Shown in pieces: positions 1 to 10,400 of a DNA stretch of 64,000 bases (position 1 is the first letter of the stretch; each line of letters opens with the position of its first letter). A program made the position numbers and the translations under genes. A model generated the notes under the pieces. It saw nothing but the letters and a program-made list of their open reading frames with translations, had not been told where the DNA came from and searched no databases. This stretch comes from Tubiluchus corallicola (lineage: Eukaryota > Animalia > Priapulida). The stretch lies in assembly GCA_030141605.1 (NCBI GenBank), contig JAQGDQ010000384.1, positions 25,167 through 89,166 of the forward strand. Reading direction: 5' to 3'.

Positions 1-8
1 GGAAAAAA

Positions 9-197
9 ATGAAGCAAAGCAATGAGATTATAACTCACATAGTAGGAAGGTGGCTAAAGGGCGAAAAGTACGAAACAATAGCCAGCGACCTTAACATATC
101 AACAACCTATGTATATAAATTACTTTCAAAGTCTCCAATCTTTCAAACTGTAAAGCAGTATAAAAAGCAAATAAAGGCACAAAAAAACAAAGACTAA
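9..197 (+). CDS. small helix-turn-helix DNA-binding protein (possibly mobile-element/phage associated)
   Basis: 62-aa basic ORF with HTH-like motif 'KGEKYETIASDLNISTTYVYKLL'. Confidence 0.5.
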   Translation: MKQSNEIITHIVGRWLKGEKYETIASDLNISTTYVYKLLSKSPIFQTVKQYKKQIKAQKNKD

Positions 198-245
198 GGC
201 CTGCAAGCTCAAACCAAGTGTTTATGCTAATAGCTGTACTAAGGA

Positions 246-294
246 AAATAATATTTAAACACCGTTGAAATAATATTTAAATACCGTTGAAATA
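246..294. repeat. 22-bp tandem repeat (2.2 copies, AAATAATATTTAAAYACCGTTG)
   Basis: 246-267 and 268-289 differ at one position; partial third copy 290-294. Confidence 0.85.
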
Positions 295-441
295 CTACAA
301 AAAAAGAACAAAAGACCTCTTAACATAGTAAAGAAGGCTTTTTTATCTTATTGAATACAGAGGTAAGTAATATTGAATTTGGCACTTTATCTAAAAAAGG
401 TTTATTTTTATCAAACTTCCTTAGAACAAGCAATTACTTAT

Positions 442-1632
442 TTACCCCTGTATCGCCTTTATACCCGGCAACTGCTTCCCTTCTATATACTCCAACAAGG
501 CCCCACCGCCCGTAGATACATAGCTTACTTCATCTGCTAACTCATATTTATTAATCGCAGCTACAGAATCTCCCCCACCCACAAGTGTAAATGCTCCTTT
601 TTTCGTTGTTTCTACTAGTGCTAAGGCTATCTGCTTTGTTCCTTTAGCAAATTTATCAATTTCAAACACCCCAGCAGGCCCATTCCAAAATATAGTCTTA
701 GATTGTAAAATAATATCCGTGAATTTTTCTATCGTTTTTTGTCCAATATCCAAACCTTCCCAACCATCAGGTATTTCATCTATAGAGCATTCTTTTGTAT
801 TTGCCTTCTCCGAAAAATCATCAGCAATTAAAGATGTCTCTGGAAAATATATTTCAACATTATGAGTCTTAGCTTTTTGCAATATTTCATTGGCTAAGTC
901 CAATTTGTCATTCTCTACCAACGAATTGCCTATCTTGCCTCCTTGTGCTTTCACAAAAGTATAAGCCATACCTCCAATAATTATCATCTTATCCACCTTA
1001 GGAAGTAAATTCTCTATTACATCTATCTTAGAAGACACTTTTGCCCCTCCAAGTATAGCAGTAATAGGCTTTTGTCCCTCTTTTACCACTTGGTCTATAC
1101 TTTTTATTTCATTCTCTATTACATAACCAAACATTTTATCATTAGGAAAAAACTCTGCTATTATAGCCGTAGAAGCGTGAGCCCTATGTGCTGTGCCAAA
1201 TGCATCGTTAATATACACATCTGCTAAATTAGCCAACTGTTTTGCAAATGCCTTGTCCCCCTTTTTTTCCTCTTTGTGAAAACGTAAATTTTCTAACAAT
1301 AGCACCTCTCCTGCTTTCAGGCTATCTGCCATATCTTGAGTTTCATCCCCTATACACCCTTCCGCAAACCTCACTTTTACATTCAAAACCTCCGACAAAT
1401 AATCTACAATATGACGCAACGAAAATTTATCCTCAAAACCATCCTTGGGTCTTCCAAGATGAGACATTAATATTACAGCACCACCTCCTTTAAGTACCTT
1501 GTTAATAGTAGGAAGAGCTGCTTTGATTCTTGTCGAATCTGTTATTTCTAAACTTTCATTCAAAGGCACATTAAAATCAACTCTTATGATAGCCTTTTTA
1601 TTAGAAAAATTATAACTGTCTATTGTAGCCAT
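442..1632 (-). CDS. pgk: phosphoglycerate kinase
   Basis: [49 protein letters not shown] motifs. Confidence 0.98.
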   Translation of the reverse strand: MATIDSYNFSNKKAIIRVDFNVPLNESLEITDSTRIKAALPTINKVLKGGGAVILMSHLGRPKDGFEDKFSLRHIVDYLSEVLNVKVRFAEGCIGDETQDMADSLKAGEVLLLENLRFHKEEKKGDKAFAKQLANLADVYINDAFGTAHRAHASTAIIAEFFPNDKMFGYVIENEIKSIDQVVKEGQKPITAILGGAKVSSKIDVIENLLPKVDKMIIIGGMAYTFVKAQGGKIGNSLVENDKLDLANEILQKAKTHNVEIYFPETSLIADDFSEKANTKECSIDEIPDGWEGLDIGQKTIEKFTDIILQSKTIFWNGPAGVFEIDKFAKGTKQIALALVETTKKGAFTLVGGGDSVAAINKYELADEVSYVSTGGGALLEYIEGKQLPGIKAIQG

Positions 1633-1680
1633 TTTTGTTTTTATTTTTTTTGGATAAATATTTCAAAGTAAAAAGTTCTG

Positions 1681-1688
1681 CAAAGATA
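1681..1688 (-). promoter_or_regulatory. Bacteroidota -7 promoter element (TATCTTTG) for pgk
   Basis: Matches TAnnTTTG consensus ~50 nt upstream of pgk ATG. Confidence 0.55.
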
Positions 1689-1759
1689 TAAAAAATGAAC
1701 AATAATATATACTAACTGCTTTTATTCTTTATAAACCTTTACCTATTACAAGAAGATAA

Positions 1760-1900
1760 TTAAGATAATTTATTGGTAAAATACTTGTCTATTATCTTTC
1801 TTATTTCTTTCTCGATGTCCCTTTCCAAGTGTTTTAAGATAGCTCTTAAAGCTCTCTTTTCCTTTTTAGTCAATTCTCTTTCTGGCTTATTGTTTTGCAT
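1760..1900 (-). CDS. 46-aa basic small protein (MQNNKPERELTKKEKRALRAILKHLERDIEKEIRKIIDKYFTNKLS), copy 1
   Basis: ATG at 1900, TAA at 1762-1760; frame intact in both repeat copies; downstream of a TATCTTTA -7-like motif (2080-2073); below ORF-track size cutoff. Confidence 0.55.
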   Translation of the reverse strand: MQNNKPERELTKKEKRALRAILKHLERDIEKEIRKIIDKYFTNKLS

Positions 1901-2015
1901 AAAAAAAGCGTGTAACTGTTGCTTATCCGCCTTAAAGGTATTGCAGTACCCACATCACAAGATAAGCACAGCACACGCTATACTTAATACCCTTGTGATG
2001 TCTTATTTCTGCAAT
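1901..2015 (-). promoter_or_regulatory. structured 5' leader / attenuator-like RNA switch, copy 1
   Basis: Interleaved stems 1952-1961/1992-2001 (plus 1940-1946/2009-2015) and 1907-1927/1961-1979; the latter runs into a U-tract directly before the ATG. Confidence 0.55.
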
Positions 2016-2137
2016 TTTTTTAAGACAAGGATAATTAAGATACCATAGTATCTAACTCAATATTTTAAGGTGTAAAGATAAGAAATTTGAAAATTATAAT
2101 GTAGATTTACGAATTTTTAATGTGCTATTGTATATAG

Positions 2138-2263
2138 TTACTATACTTAAACGAGTTTGCTTTTAGATATAATACTATCAGATACACAGAACTTGGTAGA
2201 TTTGCTTACTGCATATCACTTACTAACAATAAAAGATTAACCTATAAAGAACTTATAAAATGA
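2138..2263 (+). pseudogene. C-terminal remnant of IS1595-family (ISXO2-like) transposase
   Basis: Frame reads LLYLNEFAFRYNTIRYTELGRFAYCISLTNNKRLTYKELIK*, matching the IS1595 'YLxEFxFRYN...RLTYKELI' C-terminus; preceded by in-frame TAG, no start codon; stop overlaps next ATG (ATGA). Confidence 0.75.
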
Positions 2264-3171
2264 GTAAGAAAATAAGAAAAGTAAGGGTTGATAATATAGA
2301 TATAACAGTTCTCAATACCTCAAATAAGGAAAAAGATTTTATTTCTCTAACAGATATGACGGCTGGTTTCGATGGAGGAAGTGGTTTAATTGAAAAATGG
2401 CTTAGAAACAGAAATACCCTAGAATACTTAGGCGAATGGGAAGCATTAAACAACGAAAATTTTAATTCCCCCGAATTCGGGGGAATTATGCAACAAGCTG
2501 GTTTAAATAGATTTACAATCTCTACAAAGAAATGGGTGGAAAAAACTAAATCAATAGGTATTTTTGCAAAAAGTGGAAGGTATGGAGGGACTTACGCTCA
2601 TAAAGATATTGCTTATAATTTTGGGATGTGGCTAAGTCCAAGATTTCAACTTCTTTTAATAAAAGAATTTGATAGAATAAAAGAAATTGAGAGCAACCAA
2701 TATAATCTTGAATGGGACGTTAAAAGAATAATTAGCAAAGCAAATTACAGTTTACATACAAATGCTGTAAAAAAATACAGAATACCTAAAAGTAATATAG
2801 CTAAGGACAAAGAAGGTATAATATATGCCGATGAAGCAGATATTTTAAATTTAGCATTATTTGGTTGCACTGCAAAAGAATGGAGGTTAGCCAATCAACA
2901 AGCTACTTTAGAAGGTAAAAATATAAGAGACGTAGCAAGTATTAATGAACTTGTAGTTTTGTCCAACTTAGAAAAGATAAATGCTCTACTTCTTGAACAA
3001 AATATTAGCAAAAAACAAAGATATTTATACTTAAAACAAGAAGCGAAAAAAGACTTAGATATTTTAAATAAAACAGATTTCTTAAAATCTATTAAAAAAG
3101 AAACAGAAGATATATATACAAAGCAAATAGAAGAAAAAACATCAGACTTTGATAGAGCATTAAGAGAATAA
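2260..3171 (+). CDS. KilA-N domain DNA-binding protein
   Basis: DFISLTDM, KWLRNRNTLEYLGEWE, GRYGGTYAHKDIA..FGMWLSPRF, EADILNLALFGCTAKEWR, NIRD motifs typical of KilA-N proteins. Confidence 0.9.
   Translation: MSKKIRKVRVDNIDITVLNTSNKEKDFISLTDMTAGFDGGSGLIEKWLRNRNTLEYLGEWEALNNENFNSPEFGGIMQQAGLNRFTISTKKWVEKTKSIGIFAKSGRYGGTYAHKDIAYNFGMWLSPRFQLLLIKEFDRIKEIESNQYNLEWDVKRIISKANYSLHTNAVKKYRIPKSNIAKDKEGIIYADEADILNLALFGCTAKEWRLANQQATLEGKNIRDVASINELVVLSNLEKINALLLEQNISKKQRYLYLKQEAKKDLDILNKTDFLKSIKKETEDIYTKQIEEKTSDFDRALRE
2463..2488. repeat. perfect 26-bp palindrome inside the KilA-N coding sequence
   Basis: TAATTCCCCCGAATTCGGGGGAATTA is its own reverse complement; encodes NSPEFGGI. Confidence 0.95.
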
Positions 3172-3217
3172 GAAAAGTTCTTATTTTTGATTTTTAAATA
3201 TGGTAATTACCCCCTTG

Positions 3218-3559
3218 TTACAAGAAGATAATTAAGATAATTTATTGGTAAAATACTTGTCTATTATCTTTCTTATTCCTTTCTCGATGTCCCTTTCCAA
3301 GTGTTTTAAGATAGCTCTTAAAGCTCTCTTTTCTTTTTTAGTCAACTTTCTTTCTGGCTTATTGTTTTGCATAAAAAAGCGTGTAACTGTTACTTATCCC
3401 GCTTCTAAGGTATTGCAGTACCCACATCACAAGATAAGCACAGCACACGCTATACTTAATACCCTTGTGATGTTCTATCTCTGCAATTTTTAGAAACAAG
3501 AATAATTAAGATACCATAGTATCTAACTCAATATTTTAAGGTGTAAAGATAAGAAATTT
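3218..3559. repeat. direct repeat copy 2 (~342 bp)
   Basis: Near-identical to 1746-2088. Confidence 0.95.
3232..3372 (-). CDS. 46-aa basic small protein, copy 2 (E9K, E32G relative to copy 1)
   Basis: ATG at 3372, TAA at 3234-3232; no indels in the ORF although the leader has indels. Confidence 0.55.
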   Translation of the reverse strand: MQNNKPERKLTKKEKRALRAILKHLERDIEKGIRKIIDKYFTNKLS

Positions 3560-3800
3560 ATATAGAAAGTTGAATTATTGAAAACGTGTAAGATATTGCA
3601 CTATCTTTTTTTTGCATTCTCACCCACCACCCAACTTAGCAATTATATAATATATTTATATAGAATTTCGTTTTATCTTTTAATAGAATGTAGTTTACGT
3701 AGGTACAAGGTTTTATTTTATCATATTTATAGTTTTATAAAATATCAAACAAATTAATTACTCCATTTTACTTTTTCGTTACTAAAACCTATAATATTTC

Positions 3801-3808
3801 TATTTTTG
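3801..3808 (+). promoter_or_regulatory. Bacteroidota -7 element (TATTTTTG) for ruvA-sprA
   Basis: TAnnTTTG match 26 nt before ruvA ATG. Confidence 0.5.
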
Positions 3809-3834
3809 TGGTACATTAAAAAAATATTTATACA

Positions 3835-4416
3835 ATGTTCGAATATATTAAAGGTAAAATAACAACCTCATCACCAACCTACTGCGTCATAGAAAACAAC
3901 CATATTGGCTACCTTGTCAATATTTCGTTAAACACCTATTCCAAATTAAGTAAAAATCAAGAAACACAACTCTACATCCATCAGGTAATACGCGAAGATA
4001 GTAATGAACTTTTTGGCTTTTATACCAAAGACGAACGACAACTATTCCGCCTTCTACTTACAGTATCAGGCGTAGGAGCCAATACCGCTCGAGTTATTTT
4101 ATCTTCTTCCAGTTCGCAAGAACTAAAAACAGCCATCATAACCAATAATGTAGAACTACTCAAAAGTGTAAAAGGAATAGGAGAAAAAACAGCCAAAAGA
4201 ATTATATTAGACCTAAAAGATAAAATAGACAAGGAAAACCTTGCTGCAAAAACACCAATATCATTAGACAACACCACAAGAAAAGAAGCACTATCAGCAC
4301 TCATTATACTTGGCTTTTCCAAAACAGCAGTAGAAAAAGTGCTTAACCAAATACTTAATCAGAATCCACAACTCACAGTAGAAGAACTAATAAAAGCAGC
4401 ATTGAAAAAACTATAA
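3835..4416 (+). CDS. ruvA: Holliday junction branch migration protein RuvA
   Basis: MFEYIKG, IREDSNELFGF, LLTVSGVGANTA, VKGIGEKTAKRIILDLKDK, EALSALIILGF. Confidence 0.97.
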   Translation: MFEYIKGKITTSSPTYCVIENNHIGYLVNISLNTYSKLSKNQETQLYIHQVIREDSNELFGFYTKDERQLFRLLLTVSGVGANTARVILSSSSSQELKTAIITNNVELLKSVKGIGEKTAKRIILDLKDKIDKENLAAKTPISLDNTTRKEALSALIILGFSKTAVEKVLNQILNQNPQLTVEELIKAALKKL

Positions 4417-4441
4417 AACGTATTAACCATAATAAAACGTA

Positions 4442-7400
4442 GTGAGATATACGCTAATAATAAAAAAAACACTTACAATAGTCCTTTTCGGACACCTTAG
4501 CATTTGGCTACCTCTCAAAAACTACGCACAAACCACAACAAACATACAAAGAGACAGTGTAGAAGTAAAAAGTCAAAACCCCTTAGAAATAAAACCCACC
4601 AACCAAAAAAACTACATAATATACGACGAAGAAAAAAAAGAATACATCAAATACAATCAAATAGGGGGTAAAAACATCCTCCCTCCTAGCACAATAACCC
4701 AACAAGAATATTTCAAAGACGATTTCGACAAAACCATTTATAACTATTGGAGACAAAAAGCTAGCGGACTCGAAATAGAAGAAGGTAGTACAAGCTTTTT
4801 GAACGACCCCCTATTAAAAATAAAAACCCAACTATTAGACCAAGTTATTGGCATAGGAGATATAACTATAAAACCCACAGGAGCAGCAGAAATATCACTA
4901 AGCGTAAAAACCTCGAAAATAGACAACCCACAACTACAAGAAAGATTCAGAAGAAATATAATATTAGACTTTAACCAAAAACTTCAAGCATCAGTCAACG
5001 GCTCCATAGGAGACAATATAAACGTAAATATAGGATATGACACCGAAGCATCCTTTGAATGGGAAAACCAAATAACAGTAGGATATGAAGGAACAGAAGA
5101 TGAAATAATTCAAAAATTAGAATTTGGAAACATATCAATGCCCCTATCCAGCACACTCATCTCAGGAGTAAACAGCTTGCAAGGAGTAAAAGCCGATTTA
5201 AAATTCGGACGACTTTATCTCACAGCCCTTCTATCGCAACAGCAGAGCGAAGTCTCCAACATCAGAGTAGAAAACGGAGCACAAAAAGAAAATTTCGATA
5301 TCAGTGTGAGCGACTATGATGTAAACAGACACTTCTTTTTATCCGATTATTTTGAGCAAACCTACGATAAAACATTGGAAACCCTACCTGTGCTCAATAC
5401 CTTAGCAGAAATAACTCGAATAGAAGTATGGATAACCAATAGAACCAGCGCCATAGAAAACACCAACAATATAATAGCCTTTACCGACCTTGGCGAAGGA
5501 CAAGGCAACACCAACCCCGCACAAACATTCGTCAATGTACAACCTCCATTTAGTCAATACCCCGACAATAGTCGTAACGACCTATACCAAAATATGACTA
5601 CTACCTACCAAGGCATAAGAAACTACAATGAAATTACAAACATATTAACACCCCTCGAAACCTCCTACAACTATAAGAATGGAATAGACTATGAAAGAAT
5701 AGAAAGAGCCAGAAAACTTTCAACCAACGAATATACTTACCATCCTCAACTTGGCTACATATCACTCAACTCACAACTAAACAATAGCGAAGTTCTTGCC
5801 GTAGCCTACGAATACAGCATAGCAGGAGAACTGTATCAAGTAGGAGAATTCTCAACCGATGGAATAACACCTCCGCAAACGCTTATGCTCAAACTGCTAA
5901 AACCCGTCAATTTGCAACCCAGCCACCCCTTATGGGAACTAATGATGAAAAACATATATACCCTAGATGCCTATCAAGTACAAAAAGACAACTTCATCTT
6001 AGATGTATTGTACAGAGACGACCAAAGCAACAACTATGTCAACTTTATACCAGAAGGCAAAACGGCTAATGAAATACTCCTACGAACTCTTAACTTAGAC
6101 AACCTAAACAACCAGCTTGACCCCACACCAGATGGAGTTTTTGACTTTCTCCCTAATATAACCATCAACCCTGACAATGGAAAAATAATAATGCCCTCAA
6201 CACAACCTTTTGGAAAATACTTGCGAGAAAAAATAACAGGAGGCGACCCCTCCCTAGACCCCATAGCAGACAAATATGTATTCGATGAACTATACAACAC
6301 AACCAAAATACTTGCACAAGAAGAAGCCGAAAAAACCAAATACATACTATCAGGCTCTTACGAAACCTCATCCAGTTCAAGCATATCACTTAACGCCATA
6401 AACATACCACAAGGCTCAGTAACCGTTACAGCAGGAGGAACAATGCTTATAGAAGGAAAAGACTACATAGTAGACTATAACCTTGGAAATGTAAAAATAA
6501 TTAATCAAATCATCTTAGAATCAGGAGTTCCTATAGATATAAAACTAGAAAGCAACACCCTATTCGCCAGTCAACAAAAAAACCTTATGGGACTAAACGC
6601 CCTCTATAAGTTCAACAACGATTTCAGCATAGGAGCTACACTCCTTCACCTTAGCCAAAAACCTATTACCGACAAAGTAGGCATAGGCGAAACACCTATA
6701 AAAAATACTTTATGGGGTGTTAATACCAATTACAAAGGAGAATCAAAATTACTTTCCCAAGTCATCAACACACTTCCCTATGTAAACATACAAGAACCCT
6801 CCACAATAACATTCTCAGGAGAATTTGCACAACTCATAACATCAGCCCCTAACACCGTAGGTGAAAATGGAACCGTCTTTATAGACGATTTCGACAACAC
6901 TAAAACCTCCTTAGCTCTAAAATCTGTTACAAGCTGGCAAATATCCAGCATACCAAAAGACATACCCGAATCCTCTCTTACCAATGACCTAAGCATAGGA
7001 TACGGAAGAGCCAAACTAGCTTGGTATACCATAGACCCTATCTTCTACAACAAAAGAGACGCCCCCGCTAACATTATAAGCAACGAAAACGCCCTCTCCA
7101 ACCATTTCGTCAGAGAAGTAACACTACAAGAAGTATTCCCATTTCGCCAAACCCCCACAGGTATATCCAACAGAATTAACACCCTCAACCTATCCTACTA
7201 CCCCACACAAAAAGGCCCCTACAACTACTCCACCAACGTAAACCAAGATGGACAACTCGCCCAACCAGAAACCAACTGGGGAGGAATAATGAGAGCCTTA
7301 GAAACTAACGACTTTGAAAACTCAAATATAGAATACATAGAATTTTGGCTAATGGACCCCTTTGCAGAAGATCCAGACAATGCACACTTAGGAGGAGACC

Positions 7401-10400
7401 TCTATATAAACCTAGGCGACGTATCAGAAGATATCCTCAAAGACGGAAGAAGATTTTATGAAAATGGAGTATCCCAAAACCCCGACCTTTTCGACTATAC
7501 CGTATGGGGAAAAGTACCCAAATCCCAACCTATAATAGATGCTTTCGACAACAACGAAGAAATAAAAAAACTACAAGACGTAGGACTTAACGGACTAAAC
7601 GACGAAGAAGAAAGAAACTTTTTTAGCGACTACCTAAATACACTAAAAGGAGAACTAACACCACAAGCCTACCAAACTTACGAACAAGACCCCTCGCAAG
7701 ATAACTTTCGCTACTTCAAAAGCCAAGAAGCTGATGACCAAAATTTTGGAATATTAGACAGATACAAAGACTTTAACAACACACAAGGAAACTCCGCCTC
7801 ATCAACCGAAGCATACTCCAACCTGCCCGATAAAGAAAGTTTTAGAAGAGACAACACCTTCAACGAACAAGAAAATTACTTTCAATACAAAATCAGCCTA
7901 AGAAAACAAGATATGCAAATAGAACATAACTACATTACAGACTCTATACAAAGCACCATAACATTTAAAAACGGAGAAGAAAGCCCAATCACATGGTACC
8001 AATTCAGAATACCACTGACAGAATACGAAAAAAAAGTAGGAGATATTGAAAACTTCCGAAACATTCGATTTGTCAGAATGTTCCTCACAAACTTTAACCA
8101 AGAAACACACCTACGCTTTGCCACCTTAGACCTCGTACGCTCAGGATGGAGAAAATACACCAAAGACCTCAAAGAAGACGGAGACGGAACAAGCCTCCCC
8201 GAAAACGAAAAAACAAAATTCGAAATTTCTGCCGTAAACATAGAAGAAAACTCAAATAAGAAACCCGTTAACTACATTCTACCCCCAGGACTTTTTAGAT
8301 CCATCGACCCCACCGACCCACAACTGATAGAAACCAACGAACAAGCCCTACTACTTAGAGCCATAGACCTAGAAGACAACGACCTAAGAGCCGTATATAA
8401 AAACCTGAACATAGACATAAGAAACTACCAACGCCTAAAAATGGACATACACGCCGAAGAAATTATTGGATACCCACTCGAAGACTACGATATGAGCATA
8501 GTCATCCGATTTGGAACAGACTTTTACAACAACTACTACGAATACGAAATACCACTAAAACTAACACCCCCAAGAAGCACACCCTACGACAACAACAGTG
8601 AAGGCGATAGACTCATAGTTTGGCCCGACGACAATAGATTAGACATCAACCTAGACCTATTCTACCAAACAAAAATCAACAGAAACAACACAATGAAAGA
8701 ACCCAACAGCAACATTACCCTATCATCCGTTTATCAAGAAAAAGAAGGCAAAAACTTCATAAAAGTAAAAGGAAACCCCACACTTACCGACACAAGAATA
8801 ATGATGATAGGAATAAAAAACAGAGACAAAAGAAACTTTACCAACGACATAGGAGACGACAAATCAATAGAAATATGGGCAAACGAACTGCGACTATCAG
8901 AATACGACAACGAAGGAGGCTGGGCAACCACCGGAACACTCACCACTAACTTTGGCAGCTTTGGAAACATAAACCTATCCGGACTCTACTCCACACCCGG
9001 ATTCGGACAAATACAACAAGATGTAAATGAACGAGAAAGACAAACAACATCACAATACAACCTCACCACCAACCTACAACTTGGAGAACTATTTCCCAAA
9101 ACATTAGGACTTACCATACCAATGTACTTCAACTCCTCAGAAAAAACCTTAGAACAAGAATACAGCGCCTTAATGCCTGACGTACCCACAAAAGAAGCCA
9201 TCGCTAATGCCGCAACACAAAGCGAAAGAGACTCCATCGAACTTTTAGCCCAAGACTACACCCGAAGAACAAACCTAAGCTTTACCAACGTGAAAATTGG
9301 AGACACAGGAAACAAAGCCAAAGTATATAGCCCCTCCAATTTTTATTTCGGATACGCCTTCAGCGAAACCTACCAACGAAATACAACCATAGAACATAAA
9401 ACAGAAAAATCCTATAAAGGAATATTTGGATACCAATTCAGCCACAACCCCAAGAACTACTCCCCCTTCGCAAAAAACGAAAAGCAACCTAAACTTATTC
9501 AAGACTTTAATTTCAACCTACTACCCTCTCAATTTTCATTCAGATCAGAAATAACACGAAACTACAACGAACAAAAATACCGCAACCTATCCAACCCCAA
9601 CTTCATCGTAGAACCCGTAGTAACCAAAGACTTTCTATGGAACAGATACTACAACCTACAATACGACCTCGCTAAATCCTTTAAATTTAACTATACCGCC
9701 ACCAACAATGCACGCATAGATGAACCAGATGGAACCGTAAACAAAAATATAGATAGAGACCAATACGAAATATGGAAAGACTCCGTATGGACAAACATTA
9801 AAAACTTTGGAAGAACTACCGACTTCAACCAAGCATTTAACTTCAGTTATAGCGTTCCTATTAATAAAATACCCTTGCTCGACTGGACTACCCTCAACGC
9901 AAGATACACAGGAACATACCGATGGACAGCATCACCCATCTTAAACGACATAGAAATTGGAAATACAATAACCAATAGTGGAACACTACAAATTAATGGA
10001 CAATTGAATTTCAGTAGAATATACAGCCAATCAGACTACCTCAAAAACGTAGAAAGAAACCTATACAGAAAAAAAACGCAAAATAAAAAAGCCACAAGAC
10101 GAAGACACACCCTAAACAACATACAACTAACAGCCAATGAACCTAAATCAATCTATCACAAACTTGGAACAGAACAAATCGACGTGAGAATAGTAAACAC
10201 AAAAACCCGCAAAATAATAAAAGGAGAAACAGAAATTATCAATAAAAACAGAATAAAATTCACCCCAACAGAAGATGTAGAAATCGCCAACATATACATC
10301 ACCGGAACAATACAAGAAAAAAACTACCAAACACCACAAGCATACGCTGCCAGCATACTTACATCCCTCAAAACATTATCCTTCTCATACCAACAAAAAA

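Larger units (their letters stand above)
1746..2088. repeat. direct repeat copy 1 (~343 bp)
   Basis: Near-identical (roughly 95% by eye) to 3218-3559; both begin TTACAAGAAGATAATTAAG and end GTGTAAAGATAAGAAATTT. Confidence 0.95.

Noticed and set aside
1773-2048. 91-aa + strand ORF (and its 82-aa twin at 3245-3493) in the direct repeats
   Set aside because: TTG start, antisense to the ATG-started 46-aa ORF, and the two copies go out of frame with each other at the A-run indel, so likely shadow ORFs. An antisense RNA is not excluded.
2115-3214. Terminal inverted repeats of the IS1595 remnant
   Set aside because: Left candidate (GTGCTATTGTATATAG) and right candidate (ATATGGTAATTACCCC) match too weakly to call element boundaries.
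1746-3559. Repeats as IS target-site duplication or CRISPR-like array
   Set aside because: 343 bp is far too long for a TSD; only two copies, no spacer periodicity and no cas genes.
3622-3700. Integron attC site (GTTGGGT core on minus strand)
   Set aside because: No matching RYYYAAC inverse core, no clear hairpin and no integron integrase seen.
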